A DNA stretch of 64,000 bases from Candidatus Kerfeldbacteria bacterium (GTDB taxonomy: Bacteria; Patescibacteriota; Patescibacteriia; SBBC01; CAIJZX01), in contig JACPSJ010000001.1 of assembly GCA_016193315.1 (NCBI GenBank), positions 471,478 to 535,477 on the forward strand. Reading direction: 5' to 3'. Within the stretch, counting starts at the first letter, position 1. The number at the start of each line of letters is the position of its first letter. A program made the translations under genes and the position numbers. The notes beneath the pieces are model-generated. The model did no database searches and had not been told where the DNA came from. It worked only from the letters and a program-made list of their open reading frames with translations. Of the stretch, positions 54,426-64,000 are shown piece by piece.

Positions 54426-56333
54426 ATGGTCTATCCTTCCTGGCTACCGAAGGTTCAAGCTCACGGCCTCGACCTTCATCCTCGGCCGCCCATCATCGAC
54501 ACTGACCCGCGTCAAGCCCGGCTTGACGCGGAACGTATGTCCAGCCTGCAACAACAGGGGTCATGGCGATGGACCTCACTGATGATGTTGGTCATTGGCC
54601 TGTTGGTCGTGGTCCGCCTGGTTGATCTCCAGATAGTCAACGGCCATCGCTATCGCCAACGTGCCGAGTACAATCGGCTCCGGCTCGAATACGTGCCGGC
54701 CGCTCGTGGTTCCATTGTCGATCGTCATGGCCAGGTGCTCGCCGACAACGTGCCCAATTTTACGTTGACCGTCACTCCGGCTGACCTACCAATGACAACC
54801 GCTGATCGGCGGTTAGCGCTCACACGCTTGAGTGAGCTGACGAAGGTCCCGCTGGCAACCATCGAGGAAAAACTAGCGACGGTGTCTGCCCGCGCCGCTG
54901 ATCCGGTGGTCATACTCGACCACCTGCCGGCGGCAGGAGCTCTGCAGTGGATGGTTCAAACCAGCTCCTGGACGTGGGTCTCGATTGATGGTCGACCGAC
55001 ACGACAGTACCCTTTCGGCCTCGCCCTGTCGCCCATTCTTGGTTACGTTGGCCCGGTCACAACTGATGAGTTGCGGCAGGATCCTCAGCTCCGACCGACG
55101 ATGCTGACCGGCAAGGCAGGCCTGGAACGAATCCATAACCAACAGTTGTCCGGCACTGATGGCCAACGAGCCATCGAACGTGACGTGCTCAACCAACGCC
55201 ACCACGTTCTCCAGGAACAACCGCCGGTGACCGGAGAAACTCTGGTGCTGACAGTCGATGCCAAGCTGCAGCAACAACTCTTCGACCGCCTAGCCGAGGC
55301 CGTCCGACTGTCCCGCGGCAGCGGTGGTGGAGCCGTCGCCATCGACCCCAAAACTGGCCAGGTCTTAGCACTCGTCAGCTACCCCACCTTCGACAACAAC
55401 TGGTTCGTGACGGCCAACCACGGCAATGAAATCCGTGGCGCCCTAGCGGACCCGCATCGGCCGTTTCTCAATCGGGCAATCAGTGGCCAATATCCATCCG
55501 GCTCGATCATCAAGCCACTGATTGCCGCCGCCGGCTTGGCTGAAGATCTGATTACGCCAACCACAACCGTGATGAGCTCCGGCGGCCTACCAGTCGGTAC
55601 CGACTTTTTTCCAGATTGGAAGGCTGGCGGCCATGGCGCAACGAACTTAACCAAGGCCATTGCTGAGTCAGTTAATACATATTTCTATTATCTAGCCGGC
55701 GGTTACGAACAACATCCCGGTCTCGGGGTTGACCTGATCGTAACCTATCTCCAACGGTTCGGTTGGGGTAGTCGACTGGACATCGATCTGCCTGGCGAAG
55801 CCGCTGGGTTGTTACCGACCAGAGAGTGGCGGGCCAACGTCCGAGCCACTCCCTGGCGACTCGGCGACACCTATCACCTGGCGATCGGACAAGGCGATCT
55901 ACTGGTCACACCACTCCAGGTCGCCGTCGCCGTGGCCGCCATCGCCAACGATGGAGTCTTGTATCAGCCTCAGCTGGTGCAGGCCGTGGTCAAGAGTGCT
56001 AATCAGTCGGTGCGACGATTCAAACCAGCCGTAATCCGCCGACTCAACCTGCCGCCGTCGACGTTGTCGGTCGTCCGCCGAGCGATGCGTGAGGGCGTCC
56101 TGAGCGGAAGTTCGCAAGCTCTACAAACATTATCGGTCAATGCCGCGGGCAAAACCGGGACGGCCGAGTTCGGCAACGCCGGAAAAACGCATGCCTGGTA
56201 CACCGTTTTTGCGCCATACGAAGACCCGCAAATTGTCTTGGCGGTGGTCATCGAGGGGGGAGGGGAGGGCCACCAATCAGCACTGCCTGTCGCGCAGCGT
56301 GTTTTAGACTGGTATTTCTCGGCCGACCGTTAA
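54426..56333 (+). CDS. mrdA: Penicillin-binding protein 2 (elongation-specific peptidoglycan D,D-transpeptidase)
   Basis: N-terminal TM and dimerisation domain. Transpeptidase motifs SGSIIKP (SxxK), SVN-like and KTGTA. Confidence 0.9.
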   Translation: MVYPSWLPKVQAHGLDLHPRPPIIDTDPRQARLDAERMSSLQQQGSWRWTSLMMLVIGLLVVVRLVDLQIVNGHRYRQRAEYNRLRLEYVPAARGSIVDRHGQVLADNVPNFTLTVTPADLPMTTADRRLALTRLSELTKVPLATIEEKLATVSARAADPVVILDHLPAAGALQWMVQTSSWTWVSIDGRPTRQYPFGLALSPILGYVGPVTTDELRQDPQLRPTMLTGKAGLERIHNQQLSGTDGQRAIERDVLNQRHHVLQEQPPVTGETLVLTVDAKLQQQLFDRLAEAVRLSRGSGGGAVAIDPKTGQVLALVSYPTFDNNWFVTANHGNEIRGALADPHRPFLNRAISGQYPSGSIIKPLIAAAGLAEDLITPTTTVMSSGGLPVGTDFFPDWKAGGHGATNLTKAIAESVNTYFYYLAGGYEQHPGLGVDLIVTYLQRFGWGSRLDIDLPGEAAGLLPTREWRANVRATPWRLGDTYHLAIGQGDLLVTPLQVAVAVAAIANDGVLYQPQLVQAVVKSANQSVRRFKPAVIRRLNLPPSTLSVVRRAMREGVLSGSSQALQTLSVNAAGKTGTAEFGNAGKTHAWYTVFAPYEDPQIVLAVVIEGGGEGHQSALPVAQRVLDWYFSADR

Positions 56334-56355
56334 AAATGAGGGTGTGGATAACCCA

Positions 56356-56384
56356 TTGACACATAACGGTTTTCACCGTAGCAT
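56356..56384 (+). promoter_or_regulatory. Putative sigma70-type promoter for greA (TTGACA-N17-TAGCAT)
   Basis: ttgaca 56356-56361, 17-nt spacer, tagcat 56379-56384. Confidence 0.45.
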
Positions 56385-56421
56385 ACGTCCGGTCGACATC
56401 CACCAGCCGTTTTCTGCGTAG

Positions 56422-56889
56422 ATGCAAGAAAAAGCCACCTATCTCACGAAAGAGGGCTTAGCCAAACTTCAGGCTGAGTTAGAGCATCTTGTTCGTGTTC
56501 GACGGAAGGAGATCGCAGCTCGAATTCAGGAAGCTAAGGAACTCGGGGATTTGTCGGAGAATGCTGAGTACCAAGAAGCGAAGAACGAACAAGCTTTCAA
56601 CGAGGGGCATATTGAGGAGCTTGAAAACACGATCAAGCACGCCCAGATAATTCCTGATGCCGCCCCGGATAATGGCCGAGTCCAAGTTGGCTCGCGGGTC
56701 AAAACTCATGATGGCTCTCGAGACTGGACGTTCTCCATCGTTGGGTCGAACGAAGCCGACCCGCGAGCGGGACGAATTTCGAATGAGTCCCCACTCGGTC
56801 GGGCGCTGCTCGGAAAAAGGATTAAGGATACCATCCGGGTCGACACCCCCAAAGGGCTGATCGAATACACCATCACTAACATCATCTAG
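56422..56889 (+). CDS. greA: Transcription elongation factor GreA
   Basis: YLTKEGLAKLQAELEHL ... GDLSENAEYQEAKNEQ ... GreA coiled-coil and FKBP-like domain. Confidence 0.9.
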   Translation: MQEKATYLTKEGLAKLQAELEHLVRVRRKEIAARIQEAKELGDLSENAEYQEAKNEQAFNEGHIEELENTIKHAQIIPDAAPDNGRVQVGSRVKTHDGSRDWTFSIVGSNEADPRAGRISNESPLGRALLGKRIKDTIRVDTPKGLIEYTITNII

Positions 56890-56947
56890 CGAGTCGGATG
56901 CGGACCGTTGCTTGTCGACGACGGTGATCTTGGCTATACTGAGTTCA

Positions 56948-58399
56948 ATGACACGGCGAAGCGACCAGGAGCAGTTGCGTTGGCAACGACGCGCCAACCT
57001 CATCAAAGCCGGCATCGATGTCTATCCAGCTCGTACCAACCGCACGACCACTGCGGCCGACCTGCTTTCGAATTGGCGCGATAATCAGACGGTCACGATC
57101 GCCGGCCGGATCCGTTCGTTTCGGCTCCAGGGTGGTTCAGCCTTTTTGCACTTGGCAGATGAAACGGCGAAACTACAAGTATTTTTTCAAAAAAAGAATC
57201 TCTCCGCATTTACTGATTTGACCGGTCAGATTGACCTGGGAGATTTTCTCGAAGTGACCGGCACTACGTTCGTCACCAAGCGTGGAGAAAAAACGGTTGA
57301 TGCGACCACGGTGGTTTGGCTGGCGAAAGCATTGCGCCCGCTGCCATCGGAGTGGCACGGCCTAGAAGATGTGGAATTACGGTATCGATATCGTGAGCTC
57401 GATCTACTTTCCCATCAAGACGTCAAACGAACTTTTATCGACCGGGCGAGAATCTTTTCTGCGGTTCATGAATTTTTGCGGCAGCGCGGTTTCTTAGAAG
57501 TTGAAACACCGGTCTTGCAACCGATTCCCGGCGGCGCAAGTGCGAAGCCTTTCATCACGCACCACCACGCGGTTGACGCCGATATGTATTTACGGGTGGC
57601 TCCGGAACTGTATTTAAAACGATTAATTGTTGCCGGCCTTGGCCGGGTCTATGAAATAGGCCGAAATTTCCGAAATGAAGGTATGGATCGAGATCACAAT
57701 CCAGAGTTCTCCGAAATGGAATGTTACGCGGCTTTTACCGATTATCGATGGATGATGAAGTTGGTAGAAGACCTCATCATCCATGTCACCACGGTCATCC
57801 ACGGCCAGGCAGAAATACCTTGGCCCAATAAAAAAATTAGACTTCAAAAGCCGTTTGCGCGCATGACCTATCGTCAGGCCGTCCGGGAAGAAACCGGGAT
57901 AGATGTGGATACGATCGATGACAAAAAACTTCGCTCCGCGGCCACAAAAATGAAAACCGATCTCAAGGGCAAAGATAACCGGGCCCAAATGATCGATGAA
58001 ATTTTTAAAACCCACGTCCGGCCCAAAATGATCCAGCCCATTTTTATACACGACTACCCCATCGAACTTTCTCCGCTGGCGAAGAAAATATTTTCCAATC
58101 CACAATACACCGAACGCTTTCAATTATTCATCGCCGGGACGGAGCTGTGCAACGCCTTCAGCGAGCTAAACGATCCAGTCGATCAGCGTCAGCGGTTTGA
58201 AGCCCAGGAAAACATGCGCGCCAAGGGCGATGATGAGGCCCAACGGATCGATGAAACGTTCTTACGATCACTGGAATATGGCATGCCGCCGACTTCCGGT
58301 TTAGGCGTCGGGATAGATCGATTGGTGGCAGTCATCCTCGGCAAAAAAACAATCAAGGAGGTGATACTCTTTCCGACCATGAAGCCAGAATCTCCATGA
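56948..58399 (+). CDS. lysS: Lysine--tRNA ligase (class II)
   Basis: Anticodon-binding OB fold, then class II motifs (FRNEGMDRDHNPEFSEMECY; GGASAKPF; GLGVGIDRLV). Confidence 0.9.
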   Translation: MTRRSDQEQLRWQRRANLIKAGIDVYPARTNRTTTAADLLSNWRDNQTVTIAGRIRSFRLQGGSAFLHLADETAKLQVFFQKKNLSAFTDLTGQIDLGDFLEVTGTTFVTKRGEKTVDATTVVWLAKALRPLPSEWHGLEDVELRYRYRELDLLSHQDVKRTFIDRARIFSAVHEFLRQRGFLEVETPVLQPIPGGASAKPFITHHHAVDADMYLRVAPELYLKRLIVAGLGRVYEIGRNFRNEGMDRDHNPEFSEMECYAAFTDYRWMMKLVEDLIIHVTTVIHGQAEIPWPNKKIRLQKPFARMTYRQAVREETGIDVDTIDDKKLRSAATKMKTDLKGKDNRAQMIDEIFKTHVRPKMIQPIFIHDYPIELSPLAKKIFSNPQYTERFQLFIAGTELCNAFSELNDPVDQRQRFEAQENMRAKGDDEAQRIDETFLRSLEYGMPPTSGLGVGIDRLVAVILGKKTIKEVILFPTMKPESP

Positions 58400-58474
58400 T
58401 CCCTTTAGAAATCTACGGACGAAGCGCGGACCACCCCAAGGGGCCCAGTTCTCATCCATGTAATTTCTAACGGG

Positions 58475-59026
58475 ATGACTCGTGATGAAGCGGTCGCTAT
58501 TCTCCACCAGCATGTGAAGAACGAAAATTTACGACGCCACATGTACGCCACCGAGGCGGCGATGCGGGCGTACGCCGCTAAGTACCATGGCGATCCGGAC
58601 GAGTGGGGAATGGTCGGTCTACTCCACGATTTTGATTGGGAAATTCACCCCAACCTCCATGACCATCCGCGGAAGGGCCAGTTCATCCTGGAGAGTAGGG
58701 GAGTGCCAGAACCGATCCGTCGAGCCATCCTGGCTCATGCGCCATTGACCGATGTCAAGCCAGAGTCGATGATGGAAAAATGTATTTTTGCCGTTGATGA
58801 GATGGCTGGGTTTATCGTGGCTTGTGCTTTAGTTCAGCCAGACAAACAGCTGGCTCAGGTCACCGTTGAGGGCATCAAGAAAAAACTCAAGAGCAAAGGT
58901 TTTGCCGCCAAGGTCAATCGTGGCGAAATCGCCGCCGGCGTGGCTATACTCGGCATTCCAGAAGACGAACATTACCAGAATGTCCTGGCGGCGATGCAAG
59001 GCATTCACGAAGCCTTGGGATTATGA
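58475..59026 (+). CDS. HD-domain (HDIG-like) phosphohydrolase
   Basis: H ... LLHDFDWE ... pattern of HD superfamily metal-dependent phosphohydrolases. Confidence 0.7.
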   Translation: MTRDEAVAILHQHVKNENLRRHMYATEAAMRAYAAKYHGDPDEWGMVGLLHDFDWEIHPNLHDHPRKGQFILESRGVPEPIRRAILAHAPLTDVKPESMMEKCIFAVDEMAGFIVACALVQPDKQLAQVTVEGIKKKLKSKGFAAKVNRGEIAAGVAILGIPEDEHYQNVLAAMQGIHEALGL

Positions 59027-60252
59027 TCGATCAAGCGCAACTTGAAGGCCTGCACCGTCGCGGCCGGAAGTTTCGCGGCTTGCTTCTGAAACTGAAGGAT
59101 CAAACTGGTCGAACGAACAAGGTCTTACGTCAAGAACTCGAATTACTGCAAGCCCAGATCAATGCGGCCAGCAAACTAATTCCCGCCATGCCAGCGGACG
59201 AGAAAAAGAAAACCATCGCTCGTTTAAAACCCATTTCCGACCAGATTGCTACACTGAAGGCTCAGTTAGCAAACCAGGATGAGATCAAACTTCCAAACAT
59301 TCCCCAACCCGACGTACCCGACGGCGAGGACGAGTCAGCCAATATCGTTGAACGCGAAGTGGGTAAAAAGCCGAAGCTCAAGAACCCGAAGGATTACTTA
59401 GCGCTCACTGAACCGTCGGCACTGGTTGATTTAAAACGCGGGGCCAAGGTTTCCGGCTCGCGTTTTGGCTATCTGACCGGGGTGCTAGCGCAAATGCAAT
59501 TTGCCTTGATTCAATACGCCCAGTCGGTGATTTTGAATAAAGGTTTTACCATGGTCGTCCCGCCGGTGATGGTTACCGAGGACAACATGGCCGCCATGGG
59601 CTACCTGGCCGGCGGGGGAGAGAATGATGTTTACCACCTCGAGAAGGACAAACTCTATTTAGTCGGCACCGCCGAGCAATCAATCGGACCGATGCATCGC
59701 GACGAAGTATTTACTGAAGCCGAGCTCCCGAAACGCTACCTGGCATTTTCTAGTTGCTTCCGTCGCGAAGCCGGCAGTTATGGTCAGGATACGAAAGGCA
59801 TTTTTCGCGTCCATCAGTTCGATAAGCTGGAAATGTTCTCGTTCACACTACCCGAGGCATCAGACCATGAGCACGAGTTACTATTGCGCATCCAGGAGGA
59901 GTTAATGCAAGGCCTCAAACTTCCGTATCGAGTGGTTAAACTTTGCGCCGGCGACCTCGGTTGGCCGAGCGCCCGCACCTGGGATATTGAGACCTGGCTC
60001 CCGAGCCAAGGCGCCTACCGAGAAACACACTCGACTTCAACGACGACTGATTACCAATCGCGAGCCCTGAATATAAAAGTCAAACGGAGCAGTGGGGAAA
60101 AAGAGCACGTCCACCTGCTCAATGGAACCGCCTTCGCTATCGGTCGGACACTAATAGCTATCCTGGAAAACTATCAGCAATCGGACGGGACCGTCACCAT
60201 CCCACCCGTGCTCCAACCTTTCCTCAACGGGCTAGCGGCCATTGGTCGCTAG
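59023..60252 (+). CDS. serS: Serine--tRNA ligase
   Basis: N-terminal coiled-coil arm. Class II core with FRREAGSYGQDTKGIFRVHQFDKLEMF and GTAFAIGRTLIAILEN. ATGA overlap with the HD gene. Confidence 0.9.
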   Translation: MIDQAQLEGLHRRGRKFRGLLLKLKDQTGRTNKVLRQELELLQAQINAASKLIPAMPADEKKKTIARLKPISDQIATLKAQLANQDEIKLPNIPQPDVPDGEDESANIVEREVGKKPKLKNPKDYLALTEPSALVDLKRGAKVSGSRFGYLTGVLAQMQFALIQYAQSVILNKGFTMVVPPVMVTEDNMAAMGYLAGGGENDVYHLEKDKLYLVGTAEQSIGPMHRDEVFTEAELPKRYLAFSSCFRREAGSYGQDTKGIFRVHQFDKLEMFSFTLPEASDHEHELLLRIQEELMQGLKLPYRVVKLCAGDLGWPSARTWDIETWLPSQGAYRETHSTSTTTDYQSRALNIKVKRSSGEKEHVHLLNGTAFAIGRTLIAILENYQQSDGTVTIPPVLQPFLNGLAAIGR

Positions 60253-60262
60253 CAAATCCCGC

Positions 60263-61378
60263 ATGGCTTTCGTCGACCGGACCTGGATTGAGTTGTCGAC
60301 CACGGCCCTCTACCACAATCTCTATCAGGTTCGTCAGGCCATCGGACCGGAGGTGGGGATCGCAGCGGTGCTGAAAGCCAACGCCTACGGTCATGGCTGG
60401 CGTCAACTCTGGCCGCTGCTGGCCAGCCAGCGCCTACGAGCAATTGCGGTTGCCCACGGCCATGAGGCACTAGCTCTTCGCCAGGATGGCTACCGTGGCC
60501 CGCTTATTGTCCTCACCCACTGGCTGCCAAACCAGCTCGGACGGTTAGTTTCCCACCAGGTCGAGCTCGTGGTTTGGGATTTCGAGTCATGGAAACACGT
60601 TCAGTACATGGCGCGGCGATTACGCCGACCAGTCCAACTCCACCTGAAGCTCGATACCGGTACGTCGCGCATCGGTTTTGTTGAACGCGACCTGCCGAGC
60701 TTACGACGTTTTCTTTCCACCCATCCTTCGTCGGTCACTATCCGCGGCATTTTCTCGCACCTGGCCAATGCTGAGGAGTGGTCAACACAAAGAACGAATG
60801 GCCAGATCAAGTATTTTACGACCCTAACAAGTAAACTGCGCATAACGGCCGATGAATACCACCTCGCCTGTACCGCCGCGGCCCTACGATACCCGGCCAG
60901 TCGGCTATCGTTTATTCGCCTCGGCATCGGTTTATACGGCCATTGGCCTTCGACGGCCATTGAACGTTGGGCTAGGGGGCGGCCGATTCGACTGCAGCCG
61001 GTTCTGTCATGGTACAGTCGTCTCAGTCAAGTCAAGCGCGTGCCACGTGGAGCGGCTGTTGGTTACGGTTCGACGGTGCAGGTCAGACGTCCAACGGTGC
61101 TCGGTCTTATTCCGGTTGGGTATAGCGACGGCTACGATCGGCGGGCCTCAAACCGATGGTGGGTGATAGTCAATAATCGTCGGGCCCCAGTCATCGGTCG
61201 GGTATCGATGAATCTCTTAACCGTCGATTTAACTGATGTGCCGGGCCCGGTGGCTGGGCAACGTCTGACCCTGGTCGGCACCGGGGTGTCGCCCGAAGCG
61301 TTCAGCCGGGCGGTCGGGACGATCCACTATGAAGTTCTATCCCGCCTTCATCCGGATATTCCCCGCTACCCAGTATGA
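60263..61378 (+). CDS. alr: Alanine racemase
   Basis: AVLKANAYGHG PLP-lysine motif. C-terminal beta-domain. ATG at 60263 (tracked ORF begins at TTG 60242). Confidence 0.85.
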   Translation: MAFVDRTWIELSTTALYHNLYQVRQAIGPEVGIAAVLKANAYGHGWRQLWPLLASQRLRAIAVAHGHEALALRQDGYRGPLIVLTHWLPNQLGRLVSHQVELVVWDFESWKHVQYMARRLRRPVQLHLKLDTGTSRIGFVERDLPSLRRFLSTHPSSVTIRGIFSHLANAEEWSTQRTNGQIKYFTTLTSKLRITADEYHLACTAAALRYPASRLSFIRLGIGLYGHWPSTAIERWARGRPIRLQPVLSWYSRLSQVKRVPRGAAVGYGSTVQVRRPTVLGLIPVGYSDGYDRRASNRWWVIVNNRRAPVIGRVSMNLLTVDLTDVPGPVAGQRLTLVGTGVSPEAFSRAVGTIHYEVLSRLHPDIPRYPV

Positions 61379-62409
61379 TCTTCCGAACCGGCCGGCGGCG
61401 CACGGTGCCCGAAGCGAACCCCATTGGCCCGCGGCGTTCAGAAAACCCGCTCTTCACCCCTCCAACCTCAGCCTTTGGGCGCTATCGCCGCCGGATCATC
61501 GCCTCCACCATCGCCGCCGTGGCCGGAGTCGGCCTGGCGGTCCTTACCTACGGGGCGTGGTTTGCCGTTGAGGCCGTCACCATTTCCGGAGTCCATCAAC
61601 TCGACCCAGCCAGCCTGGAACGAGTGGCCTGGCAATATCTTGACCGCCAACGCTGGTTGATCATCCCAAACCGCACACTGTGGTTGCTCTCGACGACTGA
61701 TCTGGCGAATTATCTTCGCACCAAGATTGAGCGCCGTCTGTCGGTCGAGCAAGTCATAGTCAATAAGCAATTCCCTCATCGTCTCACGGTGCGGGTGCTC
61801 GAGCGGATCCCCATCTTTGTTTGGCGTAGTAACGATCAGCAGTTTACCATCGATCGACAGGGGATTGTGATCGAACAATTGCCCCCCTCCACCAGCTCTG
61901 GCTGGCCAATCATAATCGATGAGCAACCGGAAGTGGTCAACATCCAAACTCGCGTCATCGACGGCACCGTGGTTGAAGCCTTGCAGGATTTAGACCGTCT
62001 GATGGTGGCCGCCAACTTCGATGTGGCGAACTATCTTATCCCGATCCCAACCTGTCCGCCGCCAGCAGCGATACCGAGTACAAACGTAAACGGGATCACG
62101 AATACGAACCTCAACGCTAATGCATCGCCCGTCGTCAACAACGATCAACGACTGGACTTATTATCGAACGGGCCAGCGACAAACACGCCCAGTCAACCTC
62201 AGACCACTCCAGACTGTGATCTCCCGGGCCTGCACTTCCGCAGCCTGGAGCTTCACGCACAATTGCGCGACGGGCCACGCCTCCTGTTCGATCGTCAACA
62301 AGATCTCGACCAGGCCGTCGCCATCGCGCAACGAGTTCTGCTCGACCCGGCCAACCGCCAAGCCAACTATATCGACATCCGATTCGGCGAACGCGTCTAC
62401 GTGCGCTAG
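61375..62409 (+). CDS. Cell division protein FtsQ/DivIB-like (TM plus POTRA domain)
   Basis: Basic N-terminus, single TM (IAAVAGVGLAVLTYGAWF), POTRA-like VEAVTISGVHQL. ATGA overlap with alr. Confidence 0.6.
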   Translation: MIFRTGRRRTVPEANPIGPRRSENPLFTPPTSAFGRYRRRIIASTIAAVAGVGLAVLTYGAWFAVEAVTISGVHQLDPASLERVAWQYLDRQRWLIIPNRTLWLLSTTDLANYLRTKIERRLSVEQVIVNKQFPHRLTVRVLERIPIFVWRSNDQQFTIDRQGIVIEQLPPSTSSGWPIIIDEQPEVVNIQTRVIDGTVVEALQDLDRLMVAANFDVANYLIPIPTCPPPAAIPSTNVNGITNTNLNANASPVVNNDQRLDLLSNGPATNTPSQPQTTPDCDLPGLHFRSLELHAQLRDGPRLLFDRQQDLDQAVAIAQRVLLDPANRQANYIDIRFGERVYVR

Positions 62410-62509
62410 AGCTCCGAAGAATCAATTAGAGTCTTAAAAGATACCTTCTGCGACGCTAATAAAAACAATTTGACCTGATCTGGCGCGGTCTGAGGGGGTT
62501 CCCTACTGC

Positions 62510-63817
62510 TTAGGGTAGGTACCGGAGTGGGTCGTCGGGAATTCCGTCGGCCCGAATTTCAAAGTGAAGGTGGGCACCAGTGGTGATTCCGCCCGCGCCC
62601 GCCGTCCCCGGTAGTCCGCCCGACAGACCAACCACCTCACCCTGCTTTACAAATTGGTCAGGCTTGAGGTAGATGGTGCTGAGGTGGAGGTAGCGGCTAG
62701 AAATACCGTCGGCATGGACTAGCCCCAAGAAGTTCAGGGCACTGCGGGTCTTGCGTCCGGCATTGTCGTAATAAAACCCGCGATCGCTGATGACTGAAAC
62801 GACGCCGTCGGCGGTCGCCCGGACTGGTGTCCCTTGGGGCACGGCGATATCAAGGCCGGAGTGCTCCAGGCAGTAGGGGCTCTTCCATATGGCGCAGCGG
62901 AATGGATAGGTCGAATCATGAAAATAGGCGCTAATCGTCCCCCGCACTGGCCACAGGAACCCGCGCGAGGAAAATGCTGGCGGATCGTCGTCGCCACTCA
63001 GTTGGAGTTGGATTTGACGCTCCAGAGCACCGATGGTGGCATTCGCCTGTTGTTCTTCGCGAACGGATTGCTGTAGCAATTCGTTATATTGTCCAGCCGT
63101 TCGCTCGACGCTGCTCAGTAACGTCTCTTGCAACTGGCGTTGGTCAACCGTCGATTGATGGTCGATTTCTAATTGCAGCTTGGCTTGCTCGACGTCGTCC
63201 TTGGTCCGGCCCAGTTGATCAAACTTGGCCTGGAGCTCATCCTTCAGACGCCGAATCATGCCCACGTTCTCTTGGAGTGATTGGTTGAGGCTAGCATAAG
63301 CTTGCGCCTGATCGAAGAATCCCGCAAAGTTTGATTGGGTCAGGACCACCGTCAGCAACGGCGTGCGTGAGGTACGATCGAGCTGCTTGAGCGTTTCGGC
63401 CAACTGGCCTTGCCGGTTCCGTAACTGCTCGTTTTTGTCGTCGATTGACGCCTGGACCGAAGTCATTTCTAACTGCAGCTTGGCGATTTCTTCTTCCTTG
63501 GTCTTAATGTCAAAGTTGGTGAGGGCTATTTGGTGATCGATGGCGGCGATTTGCGATTGGACATCCTGAATTTCCGTCCGAGCCTGGTTCACAGCCTGTT
63601 CGTAGGACGCCGATTGGCGTCGTAAATCTTCGATCCTTTGACGTTTGGCCTCAATTTGCGCATTCAAATCAGCGATCGGGTCGACCGCCGGAGCCACCGT
63701 CGGTGCTTCAGACTGGGCCCAGGCGTTGAATTGGGACCAGGCAAAAAAACTGCCGATCATGACCAGGGCCATCAGAAACCCAACTATGGATAGAGACTTG
63801 TGTTTTCGCTTTTCCAT
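62510..63817 (-). CDS. Coiled-coil M23 family metallopeptidase (EnvC/LytM-like murein hydrolase or activator)
   Basis: N-terminal signal/TM. Long coiled coil (about 250 aa). C-terminal M23 domain with HxxxD-like and HLHFE motifs (GLDIAVPQGTPVRATADGVV ... GAHLHFEIR). Confidence 0.8.
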   Translation of the reverse strand: MEKRKHKSLSIVGFLMALVMIGSFFAWSQFNAWAQSEAPTVAPAVDPIADLNAQIEAKRQRIEDLRRQSASYEQAVNQARTEIQDVQSQIAAIDHQIALTNFDIKTKEEEIAKLQLEMTSVQASIDDKNEQLRNRQGQLAETLKQLDRTSRTPLLTVVLTQSNFAGFFDQAQAYASLNQSLQENVGMIRRLKDELQAKFDQLGRTKDDVEQAKLQLEIDHQSTVDQRQLQETLLSSVERTAGQYNELLQQSVREEQQANATIGALERQIQLQLSGDDDPPAFSSRGFLWPVRGTISAYFHDSTYPFRCAIWKSPYCLEHSGLDIAVPQGTPVRATADGVVSVISDRGFYYDNAGRKTRSALNFLGLVHADGISSRYLHLSTIYLKPDQFVKQGEVVGLSGGLPGTAGAGGITTGAHLHFEIRADGIPDDPLRYLP

Positions 63818-63946
63818 ATTCGTTCCCGTCAAGGGTAGCACAAACGGACGCTCGCGTCAACTCATCCCCGATCGAGAAGCGTTAATATCTGATCAAGTCG
63901 CCGGACCGTTTCCTCATGACCGAGGAGGGAGAGGATAGAGAAAACG

Positions 63947-64000
63947 TCAGGGCTCCCGGCGCGTAAGGTCAAAGCCACTCGCAGCGGCCATAGGACCTCG
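63947..64000 (-). CDS. 3' end of an unidentified minus-strand ORF running off the window edge
   Basis: Open frame on the reverse strand ending at a stop whose complement (tca) lies at 63947-63949. Only 17 codons visible. Confidence 0.2.
   Translation of the reverse strand, partial: RGPMAAASGFDLTRREP

Noticed and set aside
62410-62509. Bidirectional terminator between convergent ftsQ-like and M23 genes
   Set aside because: The 100-nt AT-richer gap has only short, weak stems (cctac ... gtagg) that overlap the M23 stop. No convincing hairpin plus U-tract.
1-64000. CRISPR arrays, rRNA, tRNA, transposases/integrases, phage genes
   Set aside because: I found no direct-repeat/spacer periodicity, no T-loop/cloverleaf candidates in the intergenic gaps inspected, and no transposase- or integrase-like ORFs. 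The window appears to be core chromosome plus small accessory patches.

Overview
This 64 kb window has about 58% GC and is almost entirely plus-strand coding. Its features suggest a reduced-genome bacterial lineage, possibly Patescibacteria/CPR, though I cannot verify this: RpoA lacks the alpha-CTD, AlaRS lacks the C-Ala domain, several r-proteins carry extensions, and a DUF4012 protein and a sigma-region-4/HARE-HTH protein are present. Gene order runs murB (partial)-hpf-AdoMetDC-secA, then a FG-GAP/L,D-transpeptidase fusion, then secD-secF. Next come a sigma70-region-4 plus HARE-HTH protein and an orphan membrane protein paired with a TraG/FtsK/HerA-like P-loop ATPase. A GT2/methyltransferase/flippase-like module follows, then mnmA, alaS, a HAD hydrolase, and metK preceded by a SAM-I riboswitch. 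After that lies a small accessory stretch: three tandem 4-TM paralogs, a zincin-like secreted protein, an extraordinarily Trp-rich secreted protein, an amidohydrolase, DUF1801, a CSLREA/beta-helix/RTX secreted protein and AlkD. Then comes the infA-rpmJ-rpsM-rpsK-rpsD-rpoA-rplQ-rplM-rpsI ribosomal operon, followed by a large cell-envelope glycan cluster (flippase, GT4-GT2 fusion, three GT2, O-antigen-ligase-like, DUF4012, GT4) that has an embedded mreB. The window ends with holB, a BNR-repeat protein, frr, rseP, a second mreB-mreC-mreD-mrdA, greA, lysS, an HD protein, serS, alr, ftsQ-like, and a minus-strand coiled-coil M23 peptidase. No rRNA, tRNA, CRISPR array or obvious mobile element was found. 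The most unusual items are the TM protein plus T4CP-like ATPase pair, the Trp-rich protein, the tandem 4-TM paralogs with an apparent ATA start, a SecD whose periplasmic head region carries parvulin-like motifs, and the alpha-CTD-less RpoA.
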